Positions 28,831-42,713 of a stretch of DNA of 64,000 nucleotides are shown one piece after another. How positions within the stretch are numbered: position 1 is the stretch's first letter; each line of letters opens with the position of its first letter. The translations under genes were made by a program, and so were the position numbers. The DNA is from Octopus vulgaris (Eukaryota), in the NCBI GenBank assembly GCA_951406725.2, contig OX597817.1, positions 133,114,001 to 133,178,000 of the forward strand, given 5' to 3'. A model generated the notes under the pieces. That model ran no database searches. It worked only from the letters and a program-made list of their open reading frames with translations, and was not told where the DNA came from.

Positions 28831-29643
28831 AACTCGTTTTGCGAATCTCTCCACCGACTTCTTACCACATGTCCGTAGTACTGGCGTTGTGACCTTTCGA
28901 CGCGAAGTAGCAGCTCGACCCGAGGAGACACCCGGATCTTCAACTCTACAAACCTTGTTGAATAACTTTACTCCAGAGAAACTCCAGAGAAATTGCATTT
29001 CCTTTCATTTATCTAAATTATAGACGCCATAAATGTTTTCTACACCTTTCAATTTCTGTGAAAAGTTTTCATTCTGATGAATCGAAAAGCTGCTTTGCTG
29101 ATGACGCTAACTGATGCAGAAACATCCCTTCATAGCTGTCCACTTGTCAGGCATGTCAAGCTTTGAGAACTGTTTTACTTCGGATTATCTCCTATATTTC
29201 ACTTGGATTTGGTCCCAAATGCAACCATGCGATTGTGCTACCTTCTTCGATATAATGCCATAAATTACAAACCTATTTTCTTAGGTTCTTAATATATTAT
29301 TATTTGTTTTGTTTTATTTTATTTATCATTCCAAGTACATGCCTCGCATCCCTGTAAGTTATTTCTCTTTGCTTATTGTCTTGTCACACTCATACATACA
29401 CACACACTCACATGCACACGCACGCACACATGCATCCACTATGTATTCATGTGTGTATATATGTATGTATTTATGTATGTATATATGCATGTATGTATTT
29501 ATGTATGTATCAGTGTTCAGCTTTATTTCAATATTTCTTGCTAATAGAGAAAGAGCCGGTTTCTACCCTAGATCCAAGTTATGTATATATACATTATTTA
29601 CATTATTTACATTTGACGGATATTTGTCCTCATCTTCTTTGTT

Positions 29644-29689
29644 AACACAACGTTTCGGCTGATATACCCTCCAGCTTTCATCAGGTGTC
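29644..29689 (-). ncRNA. Minimal type I hammerhead ribozyme motif (one stem II closing mismatch)
   Basis: Reverse complement: GACAC CTGATGA A AGCTG gagggtatat CAGCC GAAA CG TT GTGTT. Confidence 0.7.
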
Positions 29690-29759
29690 TTGGGGAAATT
29701 TCGAACCTGGTTTCTCATTCCTAAGGTATTTTTCGATGTTGTTGTTGTTGTTGTTGTTG

Positions 29760-29834
<75 letters not shown>

Positions 29835-29912
29835 TCACTGCTTGGAATCGAACTCGGAATCTCAGGGTTAGTTGCCTGCGTTCTTAACCACTACGCCCAT
29901 ATGCCCGTGGGC

Positions 29913-29967
<55 letters not shown>

Positions 29968-29981
29968 TAATAATAACAATA

Positions 29982-30056
<75 letters not shown>

Positions 30057-30133
30057 GTGATGACGATGACAACAACAACAACAATTTCGTATAATACCTT
30101 AGGAATGAGAACCCAGGTTCGAAATTTCCCCAA

Positions 30134-30179
30134 GACACCTGATAAAGGCTGGAGGGTATATCAGCCGAAATGTTGTGTT
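30134..30179 (+). ncRNA. Mutated hammerhead motif (core G8A, stem III TG)
   Basis: GACAC CTGATAA A GGCTG..CAGCC GAAA TG TT GTGTT. Confidence 0.55.
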
Positions 30180-30374
30180 AACAACAAACAATACCAAATG
30201 ATATCTATAATATACGGCTATCCGTCAATCGCAAGTAAGCATGACATAGTAGCTTGTACAACAATTTCTCTGGTTGTTTTATGTTTGTACACGGTTGCCA
30301 AAGGACGTCGTGCCCCACCTTTCTATCCACGTACTCTTCACACAATAGAACATGGTGTAAGTAATAGCCAGAAG

Positions 30375-30510
30375 TAGAGAGGGCTGCACCAGCATTCAGC
30401 TGAACAGACCAGTGCAATATGGAAGTGCTTTGATCAATGGCACAACATGCTACTCGTTCCAGGAATAGAACTCACGACATTGCGATATTGAGCCTAACAT
30501 TCTAACCACG
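30375..30510 (-). mobile_element. Degenerate CORE-like tRNA SINE 5' part
   Basis: Reverse complement has gtggttagaatg (A box), gtgagttctattcc (B box) and a gtgccattgatcaaagcactt CORE-like box. Confidence 0.5.
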
Positions 30511-30649
30511 CATCTTCATTGTAAAAATATAAGGGACGCGATGTCTGTCGAGGTTATGTAGATTTAATTGGTGGTATAGAGAGTATTGTTTCAGTTTAAC
30601 TGTATACAAAATGTCAACAACTTTATACAATCAGGTGTGGTTCTGCAGC

Positions 30650-31015
30650 ACGAAGCTTGCTTCCCAGCCACATGTTTCTGGATTCAAGTCCCACTGCGTG
30701 GCACCTTGGACAAATGTCTGCGACTATAGCCTCGGTCCGATTAAATTCTTCTGAGCAGATTTTGTAGACGGAAACTGAGAGACTGTCGTATGTATATGTA
30801 TGTGGGTGCGTGTGTGTGTTTGTTCCCCGCTTGACAACCGGTTTTAGTGTGCTTGCGCCCCCGTAACTTAGCGGTTTAGCGGAAGAAACCGATAGAATAA
30901 GTCCCAAGCTCTAAAAAATATAAGTACTAAGATCGATTTATTCGACTAAAGACTCTCCAAGGCGGTGCTCCAGCCTGGCGGCAGTCTAATGACTGAGACA
31001 AGTAAAAGATAAATA
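30650..31015 (+). mobile_element. SINE family B copy
   Basis: Homology to 3071-3545. Confidence 0.75.
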
Positions 31016-32974
31016 GAAAATATCTGTTAATTAAAATATATTTGAAAAGAATATCGAAGAAAGGAGGGTGAAGTCTGAACAAGTTATAAAATTAAAAGCC
31101 TTCAAACAGCAAACAACGATATGAACCTGTATTGCTCAGTACGAAATAGGTCACTGACATCTTAGGTGTTGCAGAGACATTAGTTTCTGATCCTAGCCAT
31201 ATAAGTAATTCGCAAATTAGAATATATTATAGTAAAAATTGTTTGCCAATATAACATGGCAGTCCTGGTTTAGGAAGAATGTTGCTGTAAATTAGCCCCA
31301 GGAGACATCGTCTCCAGCTGGCCGTACGACACGATTTGTGTACTTATATTTTCGAACAAGGAAATCTAGCACCCCCACTCAGTTCAAAACAATATCTGTG
31401 TATCGCGATTTCCGGGTTATTTCCTTCATCAGCACAGACTAATTGTTCGGCTAGATGAGGCGCTGACAAATTCCCGTTCGAAATATATAGTTTTCAAAGT
31501 GACAACTAGTCACTGATCTATTGAATATCTCTCTTTGTGAGATTTTTAAAAAATATAGTAATTTTCTAGAATGTATTGGTTGATCGAGAGGAAGAAACGA
31601 CAGCTGATGCTTTGGGTATGTAGGATCCTAACTGAAACTCCACACCTCTCCTCTTCTCCTGAGGAAATTGATATCAATCACTTTGTGAGCTGCTTTGGTC
31701 GAGAAAGACTTATTTGAGACAAGCCTTCACTATTTCACTTCAAAACACAACATACACCCGTAATGTATTTCATTTTCTATCTTCGATTGCATTGTTTACT
31801 TAGACGTATTTGTTTACGAAACATCGTACCTCACACTACTGGCTCTGAATTCCATACAAAATCAGTAGAGATAAACTTAGAAATAGAAACACCGCACTGC
31901 TAACACAGGGTAAGACGCAATATTGACATGCAGACCTTTAATATACGTGGTAGCATATTATGGTCGCAAAACGAATGACTGTGGTCTTGCCGGCAATTAA
32001 TATAACAGGTTTTATCTCCAGTCAAAAACACAGCATTTTCTTATTCCTAATGTCGAGGACAAGATATTAAACTTCGCCCAGTGGCGAAGTTCTGGATCGA
32101 GAGCTCAGAAGTTGAGGAGAATATATGAAAATACTCCTTAATCGCTACTACTTTCATTCCTGTTCTGGTCCCTGGTACTAGGTGATCCCACCTGTCAAGG
32201 GATTGTTATGAGCCAAATAGCAGACGATAGCCCTATGACTAAGACAATCAAAACTCGGAAAAGAATTGATCCCTAGACATACATCACACACGCCCACTGG
32301 GATGGAAATGTGCCCTGATATCACATGCACCAGTCTCCATATTGAAGGGTAAAATTGAACTCTGGAGTGTAGGAGACTAACGGAGGAAATTGTAAATGAA
32401 ACCGGTAAAAAAGTGGAATGACTGGTGTATCTTTTCTAAGATACATGAAAACATGATCGGCCATATATTGGTGAGAGAGAAGAGCGGAGGAGAGGAGGGA
32501 GAGATGGACAGACAGAGACAGTCAGAGAGAGAAACAGAGAGAGAGACAGAGGCAAACAGACAAACAGACGGAGATACAACGAGAGAGTATATCTATTATT
32601 GAAGAGGAATATCTTGATTCAGTTTCGATTCCTGTTGAAACCTATATACCTCTTCCTGATTTTGCCTTTTAGCAACCAATAAACTTCGTGAGTCAACCTG
32701 TTGAAAATAGCAGCCAAATCTTTCCCCTATCACACCCTGCCTTTTCACAAATAAAGGATGTCCTGGATACTGTGTGTTAAAAACAATGACAAGATGGCCA
32801 TGGCTAGGTTTTTCAACGTATGTCTTCTGATGCAGCGTTCATTTAGGGGTCAATTATCAACTTCGTGATTTTCGTAATCTCATGAATCTGTTATAGAAAT
32901 CTAAGACAGTCGTATTTCAGAAAAATAATATTTCCGTAAAATAAATAGTCTCCTATTAGGATCAACCATGGTTC

Positions 32975-33320
32975 CATAGTTAAGAAGCACTGATATAGGA
33001 TTTCAACCCCATTACGCGGCACCCGGGGCAACTGTTTTTTAATATAACCCCGTGCCGACTAATGCCTTGTGAAGGAATTTGGGAGACGGAAACCGTGGGG
33101 AAACCCGTCATATATGTGTATGTTATCCACCACCATCACCTGATAGCCGATATTGACTTATTTACGATCCCGTAACTAAGGGCTTCGCCAAAAGTAAAAC
33201 GATAGAATAAATATCAGACTTTAAAAAAATGAATATTGTGATTGCCTTTTCGACGAAACCCTTTAAGGCGGTGCCACAGAATAGCCGCAGTCCAATAACT
33301 GAAACAGGTAAGAGAAGAAA
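32975..33320 (+). mobile_element. Diverged SINE family B copy
   Basis: Homology to both arms. Confidence 0.65.
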
Positions 33321-35002
33321 AAGAAAAATTATATTTTCCTCGGTGAAGTTTGAAACCTTGACAGAAAGACTTCCATCCAATCAAATTTCTGTTAGTGAAC
33401 CACCACGATAATATCAATATAAAATCTTTTAACACTACATAAAGAAACCACAGACCAAATATTCCATCATTTGTTCTGTCCATAGCGAATACAATAACTC
33501 AAAGAAAAGAAACCATTCTGCTAGTTTAGTTTAGATGTATAACCATTTCCATTGAGAAAATCTGACCCGTTGGGATTCTGTCTCTCTGTATTTAGCCTTC
33601 CTTGTGACCTTTTTTTAGTTGATTGCATGCCAATTCACCGATCGGAATACAAAGCCTAATATCTGTTCCCTCATCAGTTCAGCGTGTCAATCAAGTTAGC
33701 GGTAATGTTTCGCAGAGAAATTCGATTTCATCTCTGTTTCCTTTACAACAATTCGAGTTGGTCATTGTTTCGCCTCTTTTGTTGTTGTTTTCTAAAACAA
33801 GGCAATAAAGGTTCTCATTAATGCTGTATAATTGATTTAATCTACATTTCATTGCCATATTTCCTTCCGTACTTCCATATAACAACGATATCAATAATAA
33901 AAGAGATATCGATTCTTCCTAATCGATATTCACCATCCTTCGTCTCTTTCCACCCCGCCACAGATATACATATTCAACACACACACACACACACGCATAC
34001 ACACACATACACACACACATACACACACACATACACACACACATACACACACACATATATGTATGTATGTATAACAACTAGAGATATAAACTTTTTCCTT
34101 TAAAGGAATCGCACCCCCACTCTCACATTTCTTTCACTCTTTCCCTCTTCTCTCTCTCTCCTTTTTTCCTTCTTTCTCTCTCTCTCTCTCTCTCACTCTT
34201 TCTTTCTCTCTTTTCCTCTCTTTCTGCTCTCACTACATCGCTCTTTTCGTTTCATTCTTTCTTCTGTGTAATATTTCTCTATATTTATAAAATTCTGCGT
34301 TGACCCTCCCTTTCTCTCTCTGTCTCTCTCTCTCATTCTATCTCTCTCTCTCTTTCTCTCTCTCTTTACACCCTTCCCCTTCCTACCCGACCATTCCCTG
34401 ACATTAGAAGCTACTTGTCTTCCTTCTATAGAACAACAGCTACATTTCGCCTCTCATCAAATTCATGTTTCCAGCTCTCCTCTTAATTAGGTTAACATTT
34501 ATGTAAGCACTCTCGCTTTGCTTAAGCAACACCATCCTTCACTTTCTCCTTCTTCTTCATCTTCTTCATCTTCGTCATTCATTCCCTTCTCGTGCTTTTG
34601 TTCTTTCTCATATTTTTCAAATCCCCGCCTCTCCCGCTCTCCCGCTCTCCCCCTTTTAACAACGTATTACTACTGCACTGCCATCTCAAAACCCATCTCT
34701 CTCTCTCTTTCCCTCTTCCCACTCTCACTCCCTCTTTCTATCTCCCTCCTCCCCCCCTCGTTAATAAACCAGCTTGCCCCTTCATTATACAAATATTACA
34801 CAAATGCTGTTATGAACGTATGAAAATATCTTCATTCCTCTTCACACAACGTTTCACATTTATTTCTCTAAAACACTCGAAATTACCAGCTAATTGTCTT
34901 TTGCAGAGATTTCGTGGAATCGAATTAATAAATCTGATAGTCTTTCAAGCCTAAACAGACCGGGTTCGAATTCTACTTATATCTGCGTTTAAATATTTAA
35001 GC

Positions 35003-35385
35003 ATGGCTACAGTGTTAAGTAGTTCGCTTTGAAACTACATGCCTTGGGGTTCAGTCCCACTACGCGGCACCTTGGGCATATTTCTTCAACTAAAGCCCCG
35101 GGCCGACTGATGCTTTGTGAGTGAATATGGCAGATAAAAATAGTGTGGAAGATCGTGTGTGTGTATGTGTGTGTGTGTGTGTGTGTGTGTCGTTGTTTGG
35201 TCTCTCAACCCCGCTTGACAACCGGTGATATTTTGTTTGCGTCCCTGTAATCTAGTTCGACTGAAGAGAACGATGAAATGAATGTCAAATTTAGAACAAA
35301 AGTAAATATTGGCATCGAAATATTGCACTTGGATCCTTCATGGCGGTGCCCCAGCATGACCGCGGTACAGTGACTGAAACAATTA
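35003..35385 (+). mobile_element. Diverged SINE family B copy
   Basis: Homology to both arms. Confidence 0.7.
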
Positions 35386-35539
35386 AGAGACGACCTTTCA
35401 AATAAGAAAGCAAAGAATTCCTCTGTTTGGTGCCTTACTCCTATTCTCCATATTTCCTCCTTTGCCTCGCAGATTTTTTCCCTTCTACCACCGATTCAAT
35501 TTACCTTGGTGTTTCTAAATTAACTGAAATATCAAAGTT

Positions 35540-35587
<48 letters not shown>

Positions 35588-35600
35588 AAACAGCAACAGC

Positions 35601-35685
<85 letters not shown>

Positions 35686-37100
35686 ACCCTCCCACACACA
35701 ATCGCGATCAGCTCTCATCGTGCAAATTGATGATCGAAGGTATTCTAGCGCCGTGATCCTCTCGTCTATTTGGGATTTGTAGAACTAAATCGTCTGACAT
35801 ATTCCTTCATCGTTTAAGACGGATAGGGAATGATTTAAGAGAGATTTGGCTGCTATTTCTGATAGGCCGAGCAACCATGCACAAGCTCCCTGTTTAGCTT
35901 ACCGGAATTCTCGTTGTAAATGTCGTGTGGCCCCCAGGTCGATTCTAGAAGGACAGACATATCGCAAGCAAAAATTCGACCAGTTTTCTGACTGTGATCT
36001 ATAGAAATGTTGTCCCAAATGGCGATGACATCATTTGACAGACATTCAAATCGTGACTATCCTGTCGAACGACTTTATCTCGTATAGTCGCCCATATTAC
36101 TACGGCAGTAGGGTATAAGTTGGTTTAGGTTTAACTGCAGATCCTAGTGGATCAAATGAGTCCTTCATTGTCGCGGAAACGTTGTTCATCTTGATAGTGA
36201 CATGACGTCAGATTCTAGAGAGAAAGTCAACAGTTCGTATCTCAGTGCCTTCCTTTCAATATTTCCTTGATCAGGAAGCAAATTCACTGACATATCATAT
36301 GTGACAAAGCTGGAACGTTTCTTTGAATAACAGATGCAATCCAGCAGACGAGCTTCTGTACAGTTTCCATCAACCAGATTTTCATTCACATGACGTGGGT
36401 TGACTCGAGGCTATAGAAAATGACATTTGTCCATGATGCCACCCAATGGAATCGAAACTGAGACCTCATTGTTACGAAGTAAACTCCTTAACCATTTAGC
36501 CATACAAATCCTACCTCAAAACATCAGGCATATTAAATCTTCCTTTTGAGGGGGCCAAGATTTCTATCATTTTATAAGACAATACTTGTTAAGCACTTAA
36601 CTATCTTTTATGAGGCCCTACATCCTGACAAGTATGGGCTATGGGTTAGTGCAACTTTCGGCTATGAGAAGAGGTGAGGGTGCAGTTGTGTTGATCTTGA
36701 CGTTGCTGTTTAGCCCAGGGTCAGTTCTAACTGAGTAGGTGTATATCAAACGCATTCCATCTGTGGCCATCCCATCATGTTCTTTTTTTAATTATAGATA
36801 CCTCCCTTGTCCAATATGTCCTTCCTTTTTAACAGACAGTACACTGTAGCTAAAGAGAACATTGGTTGTAGTTCTAGCTAGTCGAGCGACCACGTCCAAG
36901 ATTCATAAATGGTTGCAACAGTACATAATTAAATTATTTACATTATTTACATTTGACCATATTTGTCCTCATCTTGCTTGTTGCTAACACAACGTTTCGG
37001 TTGATATATACCCTCCAGCCATCATCAGTTATATGGCGTAGTGGTTAAGAGAGCGGGCTACTAACCCCAAGATTCCGAGTTCGATTCCAGGCAGTGACCC

Positions 37101-37143
<43 letters not shown>

Positions 37144-37147
<4 letters not shown>

Positions 37148-37295
37148 GCCCTGATGCAGTACCAGGCAGTGGCTCTCATGGCTTCTGATCTTAATTGATT
37201 GGAAGTGTTATCATGTACATAGTTTTGTCTTGGTATAAAAGATGGGCTACAGCAAATATTCTGCTCAATACCACAGATTTGCTTGTCAGTTGTTT
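37144..37295 (-). mobile_element. Short retroelement 3' fragment inserted in the (AAT)n spacer
   Basis: acccgaataat duplicated on both sides; (ATT)n tail on the minus strand. Confidence 0.45.
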
Positions 37296-37299
37296 ACCC

Positions 37300-37370
<71 letters not shown>

Positions 37371-37417
37371 TTGACAAATACCTTAGGAATGAGAACCCAG
37401 GTTCAAAATTTCCCCAA

Positions 37418-37463
37418 GACACCTGATGAAGGCTGGAGGGTATATCAGCCGAAACGTTGTGTT
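37418..37463 (+). ncRNA. Intact minimal type I hammerhead ribozyme motif
   Basis: GACAC CTGATGA A GGCTG gagggtatat CAGCC GAAA CG TT GTGTT: stem I 5 bp, stem II 5 bp, palindromic stem III (AACGTT); predicted GUU cleavage after 37458. Confidence 0.8.
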
Positions 37464-37699
37464 AACAACAAACAAGATGAGGACAAATATCCGTCAAATG
37501 TAAATAATGTAAATAATTCCTCATTTCTTAAACATAGAACTGTAGTACATAATTAGTACATAATTTCATTATAGAGAGGGCTGTAAGGCCTCCCGCTCCC
37601 TCTAAAACGTTACAGACAATTTGTTGTGTGTAGTCACCTCTGTTTTACATTCATTCATCCACCCGTCTATCCCTCCTTCTTCTTCGCCTACCTATTTCT

Positions 37700-37850
37700 C
37701 TGTAGAGTACTCAGGGACATCATCTTGATAGTGAAGCAACAGTCATGACACTTTCCGGTTGCATTCCCAAGCGTGGCCAATTGAAATTATGGTTATCATC
37801 CAACCACCTTTTTCTTAGTTTATCCCTAGGCCTCCTGTTGGTTGACTCGG
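37700..37850 (-). pseudogene. RTE-like LINE C-terminal fragment
   Basis: RRPRDKLRKRWLDDNHNFNWPRLGMQPESV; paralogous to 28.7 kb. Confidence 0.55.
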
Positions 37851-39307
37851 CTTAAAGTCCTGAGTAAGACTTTAAACTGCATTCGATAGTTGGGTGTTGG
37901 TGCGAGGATTCCAGGGTTTTAAGGATTATGGAACCACCTCTGAGCCATTGTTGATCCGGAGTAGTAGCACCAGTTAGGGTCCCAGCTATGGGTTAGCTTG
38001 CATGTGTACCACCCGCTTTAAACGCAGGTTACGTCTGCTGCAATAATCAGCGGTGACTTGGTCAGCGAGTCCTCTACAATGGTTCATAATTGACTTCAAG
38101 ATGGGCTGCTATGAAGCACATTATCCCCAAAGTGGGTATACATGTGACCGGGGACCACATGTGAACTTCTGTTCCCACTAAATCACGAACGTGATCTCTA
38201 CACCTCAACAGCGAATGACATCTACGACTACGGCGTTCGCGCCATCCAACACGCTTGCTCTTCTTGTGGGGTATTTGTCAAATTTGCAAGCTGGACTTTT
38301 GGGCCGCAAGCAGAAGCTTCACTTTGCTTGTAGGAACGTTATGGGCGACTGTCGGATGTGATTGGCATTTGCGAGGAACGTGGTGAACTCGTTGGTCGGA
38401 GCTGAGCCGAGCCAACCCAGCCCGGTTGGATGCCGTTGCAAATCAAGCCAAGTGGCTTGAAGACCCATCTTGCGATTCTTTCCTACAACATGCTAAAAAC
38501 ATAATAATTCTATAACTACATCATCCAGTTGGGACTAAAATAGGACACATCTGATGACGTAGCTTGGATATACATGTATGAAAAAGATGAGACGGTCCAG
38601 ACTGGAATGTCTATGATCATAGATTTACCCTTCAATTAGAGCCAAACCGGGGACTAAACAGCAACGGTAACAACGATTTTGGAAATAGATTGATTTGATG
38701 CCTGAGGGCAGACTCCAGTGTTAGATACGAACCTCTGTCCTTTTGGTTAGTTTTTGGTGAGCCTTGTCGACTCAGTTCCCATTCATTTTGATAAGCAACA
38801 GTACCACTATCCGTATGTGTGGATTAGTGACGATGCCATCCACAGTGGTATGTTACCAATTCTTATTTTATCGCACCCCTTTCCTTTCAACCGGGAAGGT
38901 AAAAGGCGAATTCGTATCGTTTGGGATTTGTGAATTAAAGGCAGAAAGACGGAACGAAATTTTGCTCAGAATTTTATTCTGTTTCACTGGCGCATTCGCT
39001 AATTTCCTCTTCCCCCCACTTGCTTTCTGCGCCATTAGAACACTAATTAGATTAGTGACACACTTTGACCCCTATCACAATCACACACGAGTTCAATTCA
39101 TCAACAGAGCGACATGTGGACTTTTAGGGATTTTTTTGATTATTTCTTCATGTAAATGCAAGCGGAGGATCAATGACACGTGACGTCTAATCGACATTCA
39201 AATTTCAAAATATTGATTCAAACATTCTACATTGACATCATGAAATATTATATACTTCCACGACCTTTTAGTTCAAAATCAATAATTTTTTAGTAATTTA
39301 TGTTTAT

Positions 39308-39418
39308 TTCTTCTTCTTCTTCTTCTTCTTCTTCTTCTTCTTCTTCTTCTTCTTCTTCTTCTTCTTCTTCTTCTTCTTCTTCTTCTTCTTCTTCTTCTTC
39401 TTCTTCTTCTTCTTCTTC

Positions 39419-39452
<34 letters not shown>

Positions 39453-39455
39453 TAC

Positions 39456-39488
<33 letters not shown>

Positions 39489-39496
39489 CATTATTA

Positions 39497-39541
<45 letters not shown>

Positions 39542-39692
39542 CGTTATTATCGTTATTATTATTATTACTATTATTATCGTTATTATTATTATTACTATTA
39601 TTATCGTTATTATTATTATCATTATTATTATTACCATTATTATTATTATCATTATTATTATTATCAGTATCATTATTATTATTATTATTATT
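39308..39692. repeat. Compound trinucleotide microsatellite (TTC)n(AAT)n(ATT)n
   Basis: Read directly from the sequence. Confidence 0.95.
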
Positions 39693-40859
39693 GGAGTTTT
39701 ATATAATTGACTGATATTTTGTTGTTACAATTAGATTTACATTATTGAAACTAATGTTATGTTGATGTCCATTTTTTTCTGCTGGAATTAAGGACAGTTT
39801 GGGGGGTTTTTTTTGCTGTTTGCTTGTTTTTTGGGGTTTTTTTTCGATATGGGATAACAAATATTGATTGGACATTTGTGTAGAGCTGACCATTATTTGA
39901 ATAACGAGAGAGTCATTGTTTGGTACCTCAACCGACTTGAAATAAAAGCCAAATGTCCTTTTAAATCACATCATACTGTTTTTAAAATGTGAAGGGCACG
40001 TTGGATAATACAGTCTAAGGCGTTCTTTAAAAAAGACGAAGTGTTTGATGGCCGAACTCAGTCAGGGCCGACCAAGGATGAACGAAAGACGAAGTTTATC
40101 CTATCGGGGTTTTCTTGACCAGAAGCTTATTGATTTGTTGAATGCATTAAGTCATATAATTATTGATTCGTTGATTGATACATGGTGTGTGTGTGGGGGG
40201 GGGTCACGTAATTGATGGATGGGTAAATTAGCCAGGATTTCGCTATTAAGAGTTTCTAGCTGTCTAGAAAACTATACCACGGGATGCAAATAACTGCATT
40301 TTCTTTGCATCTATTACCTCGTTTTCAAATTATAACGAAATCAAAAAATAAAAAAAAGACATGCGCAGTGGTCTTTTTTTTTTTTTTTGTTGGCCAATCG
40401 AGACAATCCCAAGGGACGTTTCATTAATCTCTGCTCACAAGAGAAATTGAATAAGCAAGCGACATGTAAATTTAACCATTCCTTGGTCTTGTACTTGATT
40501 TGCTCTTAAAACAGGATCTACCGAAACTCCTTCACTAACTCTCAATGTCTTGTATTTTCGTATCTGATGTCTTTATTTTCTCTAAATGGATGTGTTTCGT
40601 CTAATCAATCTGACTTAATACAGATGTTCGTCCCTTCTTCTCTCTCTCTCTCTCTCTCTCTTTCTCTGCAGCTTTCTTGCCTCATTCTTTCCTTTTCTGT
40701 CTCTCTCTCTCTCTTACTTTCCTTGTAACACCCTTATGTCAACACCCCTCACCCTCCACCCACCGTTTCGAACACTGTCCATCTGCTACAACTTTTAACA
40801 CAACGGCAGCTCGGCATTCCCTCTTTCTAACCTTTCTTTTAACTCGCTCTCTCTCTCTT

Positions 40860-40960
<101 letters not shown>

Positions 40961-41146
40961 CTCCATTTACCTCTTTCCCCACTTTCTTAATATAGGTGTG
41001 TGTGTTTGTATTTGCGTGTGAGTGTGTGAGTGTCTGTGTGTGTGTGTTTGTATGTGTGTGTGTTTGTGTGTGTGTTTGTATGTGTGTGCGTTTGTGTGTG
41101 TGTGCGTTTGTGTGTGTGTGTTTGTGTGTGTACGTGTGTGTATGTG

Positions 41147-41218
<72 letters not shown>

Positions 41219-41462
41219 TTACTTCTACATAAGAAGGAATATAGAAGAGTTAGGGGACTGAAAATGTACCTGAGTCTCAAAACGAGTTAAGAGGTTTGAT
41301 TTTCAATCATGCGGTTCTTCGTTCAATCCCACTGCGTGGTAGTTTAGACAAGTATTTTCTTCTATAGCCCCGGACCGAACAAAGCATTGGGAACGGATTT
41401 GGCAGATGGAAACTCTAAGAAGACTTTAAAGACGTTTTGGGTCTCAAAATACACCATGCGCC

Positions 41463-41538
<76 letters not shown>

Positions 41539-41543
41539 GTCTG

Positions 41544-41601
<58 letters not shown>

Positions 41602-42240
41602 CATCTATCTGTCTGTCTGTCTATCTATGTATCTGTCCATTTGCTTTCCTATGTATGTATGTATCTATCTATCTATCTATCTATCCATGTAACGATCAAT
41701 GCATCTATCTATCTATCTATCTATCTATCAATTTACCTATCTGTCTGTCCATTTTTCTCGCTTTCTTTTTTATTTCTTTCTTTGTTCCTTCACTGTTTCC
41801 CCTCATTCCCAGTTATTTACGCCACATCTTCGCATAGCCGCCGTCTATATACCTCACCTCATACAAAAATCACAACAACCATGCTCTATACACAACATCC
41901 AACATCTCACATTTTACAGCTTTACATCGTTACGTATAACAACATCCTGTATGTTAACCGTCCAATCAAGAAGGAAGTTGTTTAAGCCAAACCCCGAAAT
42001 TAGCGACGAGAGCCTTAATAAAAGATTAATTCTTGCTATTCCTGACTTGTCCCTTATGTTTATTTGTGAGCAAACTCAGTTGCGCTTGCCTAAATTTCTT
42101 AATGTCTCTCTAAATGCAATTACTAGCCAAACATATCGGCACCATTAATCAGAATTAGGCGAACGTCTTTTTCGTGAAGTTTCACTAGACGCGAACACAT
42201 CTGCCGACGTATATGTAACCTCCATAATTGAAGAGAAGAG

Positions 42241-42274
<34 letters not shown>

Positions 42275-42634
42275 AACAGGGAGAGTGAGAAAGGAATGGG
42301 ATGAAAAATATCATGATGGAGAAAAAGAAAAAAAAACAAGAAAATATAAGATTCTGTAAAGAACGGGAAAAAGAAACAAGAAATATGTGTGTGTGTGTAT
42401 ATGTATACATATGTGTGGGTATATGTGTGTATGCATGTGTGTGTGTGTGTGTGTGTGTGTAAGTAGGAGATAAAATAAAAAGTAATAAAATACATAATTA
42501 AATCGCAATAATGAACAAAAGTCGGAATGGTTGTCATGGCTGGGAGGCCAGAAAGAGTTCTTTGATTTTTCGCCGACGGTCAACCTTCCAGTTGGTTACT
42601 TACGTATTGTTACAGCCGAGCAGAATAAACTATT

Positions 42635-42667
42635 GACGGCGACGGCGACGACAATGATGATGATTAC

Positions 42668-42713
<46 letters not shown>

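Larger units (their letters stand above)
29590..30230. mobile_element. Hammerhead-bearing tRNA-headed element, locus 1 (two outward-facing inverted arms)
   Basis: Arm 29590-29735 (minus) and arm 30095-30192 (plus) are inverted copies; tRNA-like head 29831-29900 (minus); trinucleotide spacers. Confidence 0.75.
36932..37543 (+). mobile_element. Hammerhead-bearing tRNA-headed element, locus 2, with target-site duplication
   Basis: Inverted truncated arm 36932-37028; tRNA-like head 37031-37100 (ggcgtagtggttaag, gagttcgattcc); (AAT)n; arm 37375-37543; flanked by agtacataatta at 36920-36931 and 37544-37555. Confidence 0.8.

Noticed and set aside
29094-29145. CTGATGA cgc..gca GAAA motif
   Set aside because: Stem II closing mismatch and only 2 bp of stem I; insufficient support.
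40630-40675. Polypyrimidine tract + CAG splice acceptor
   Set aside because: The tract is a (CT)n microsatellite and no plausible exon or donor follows.
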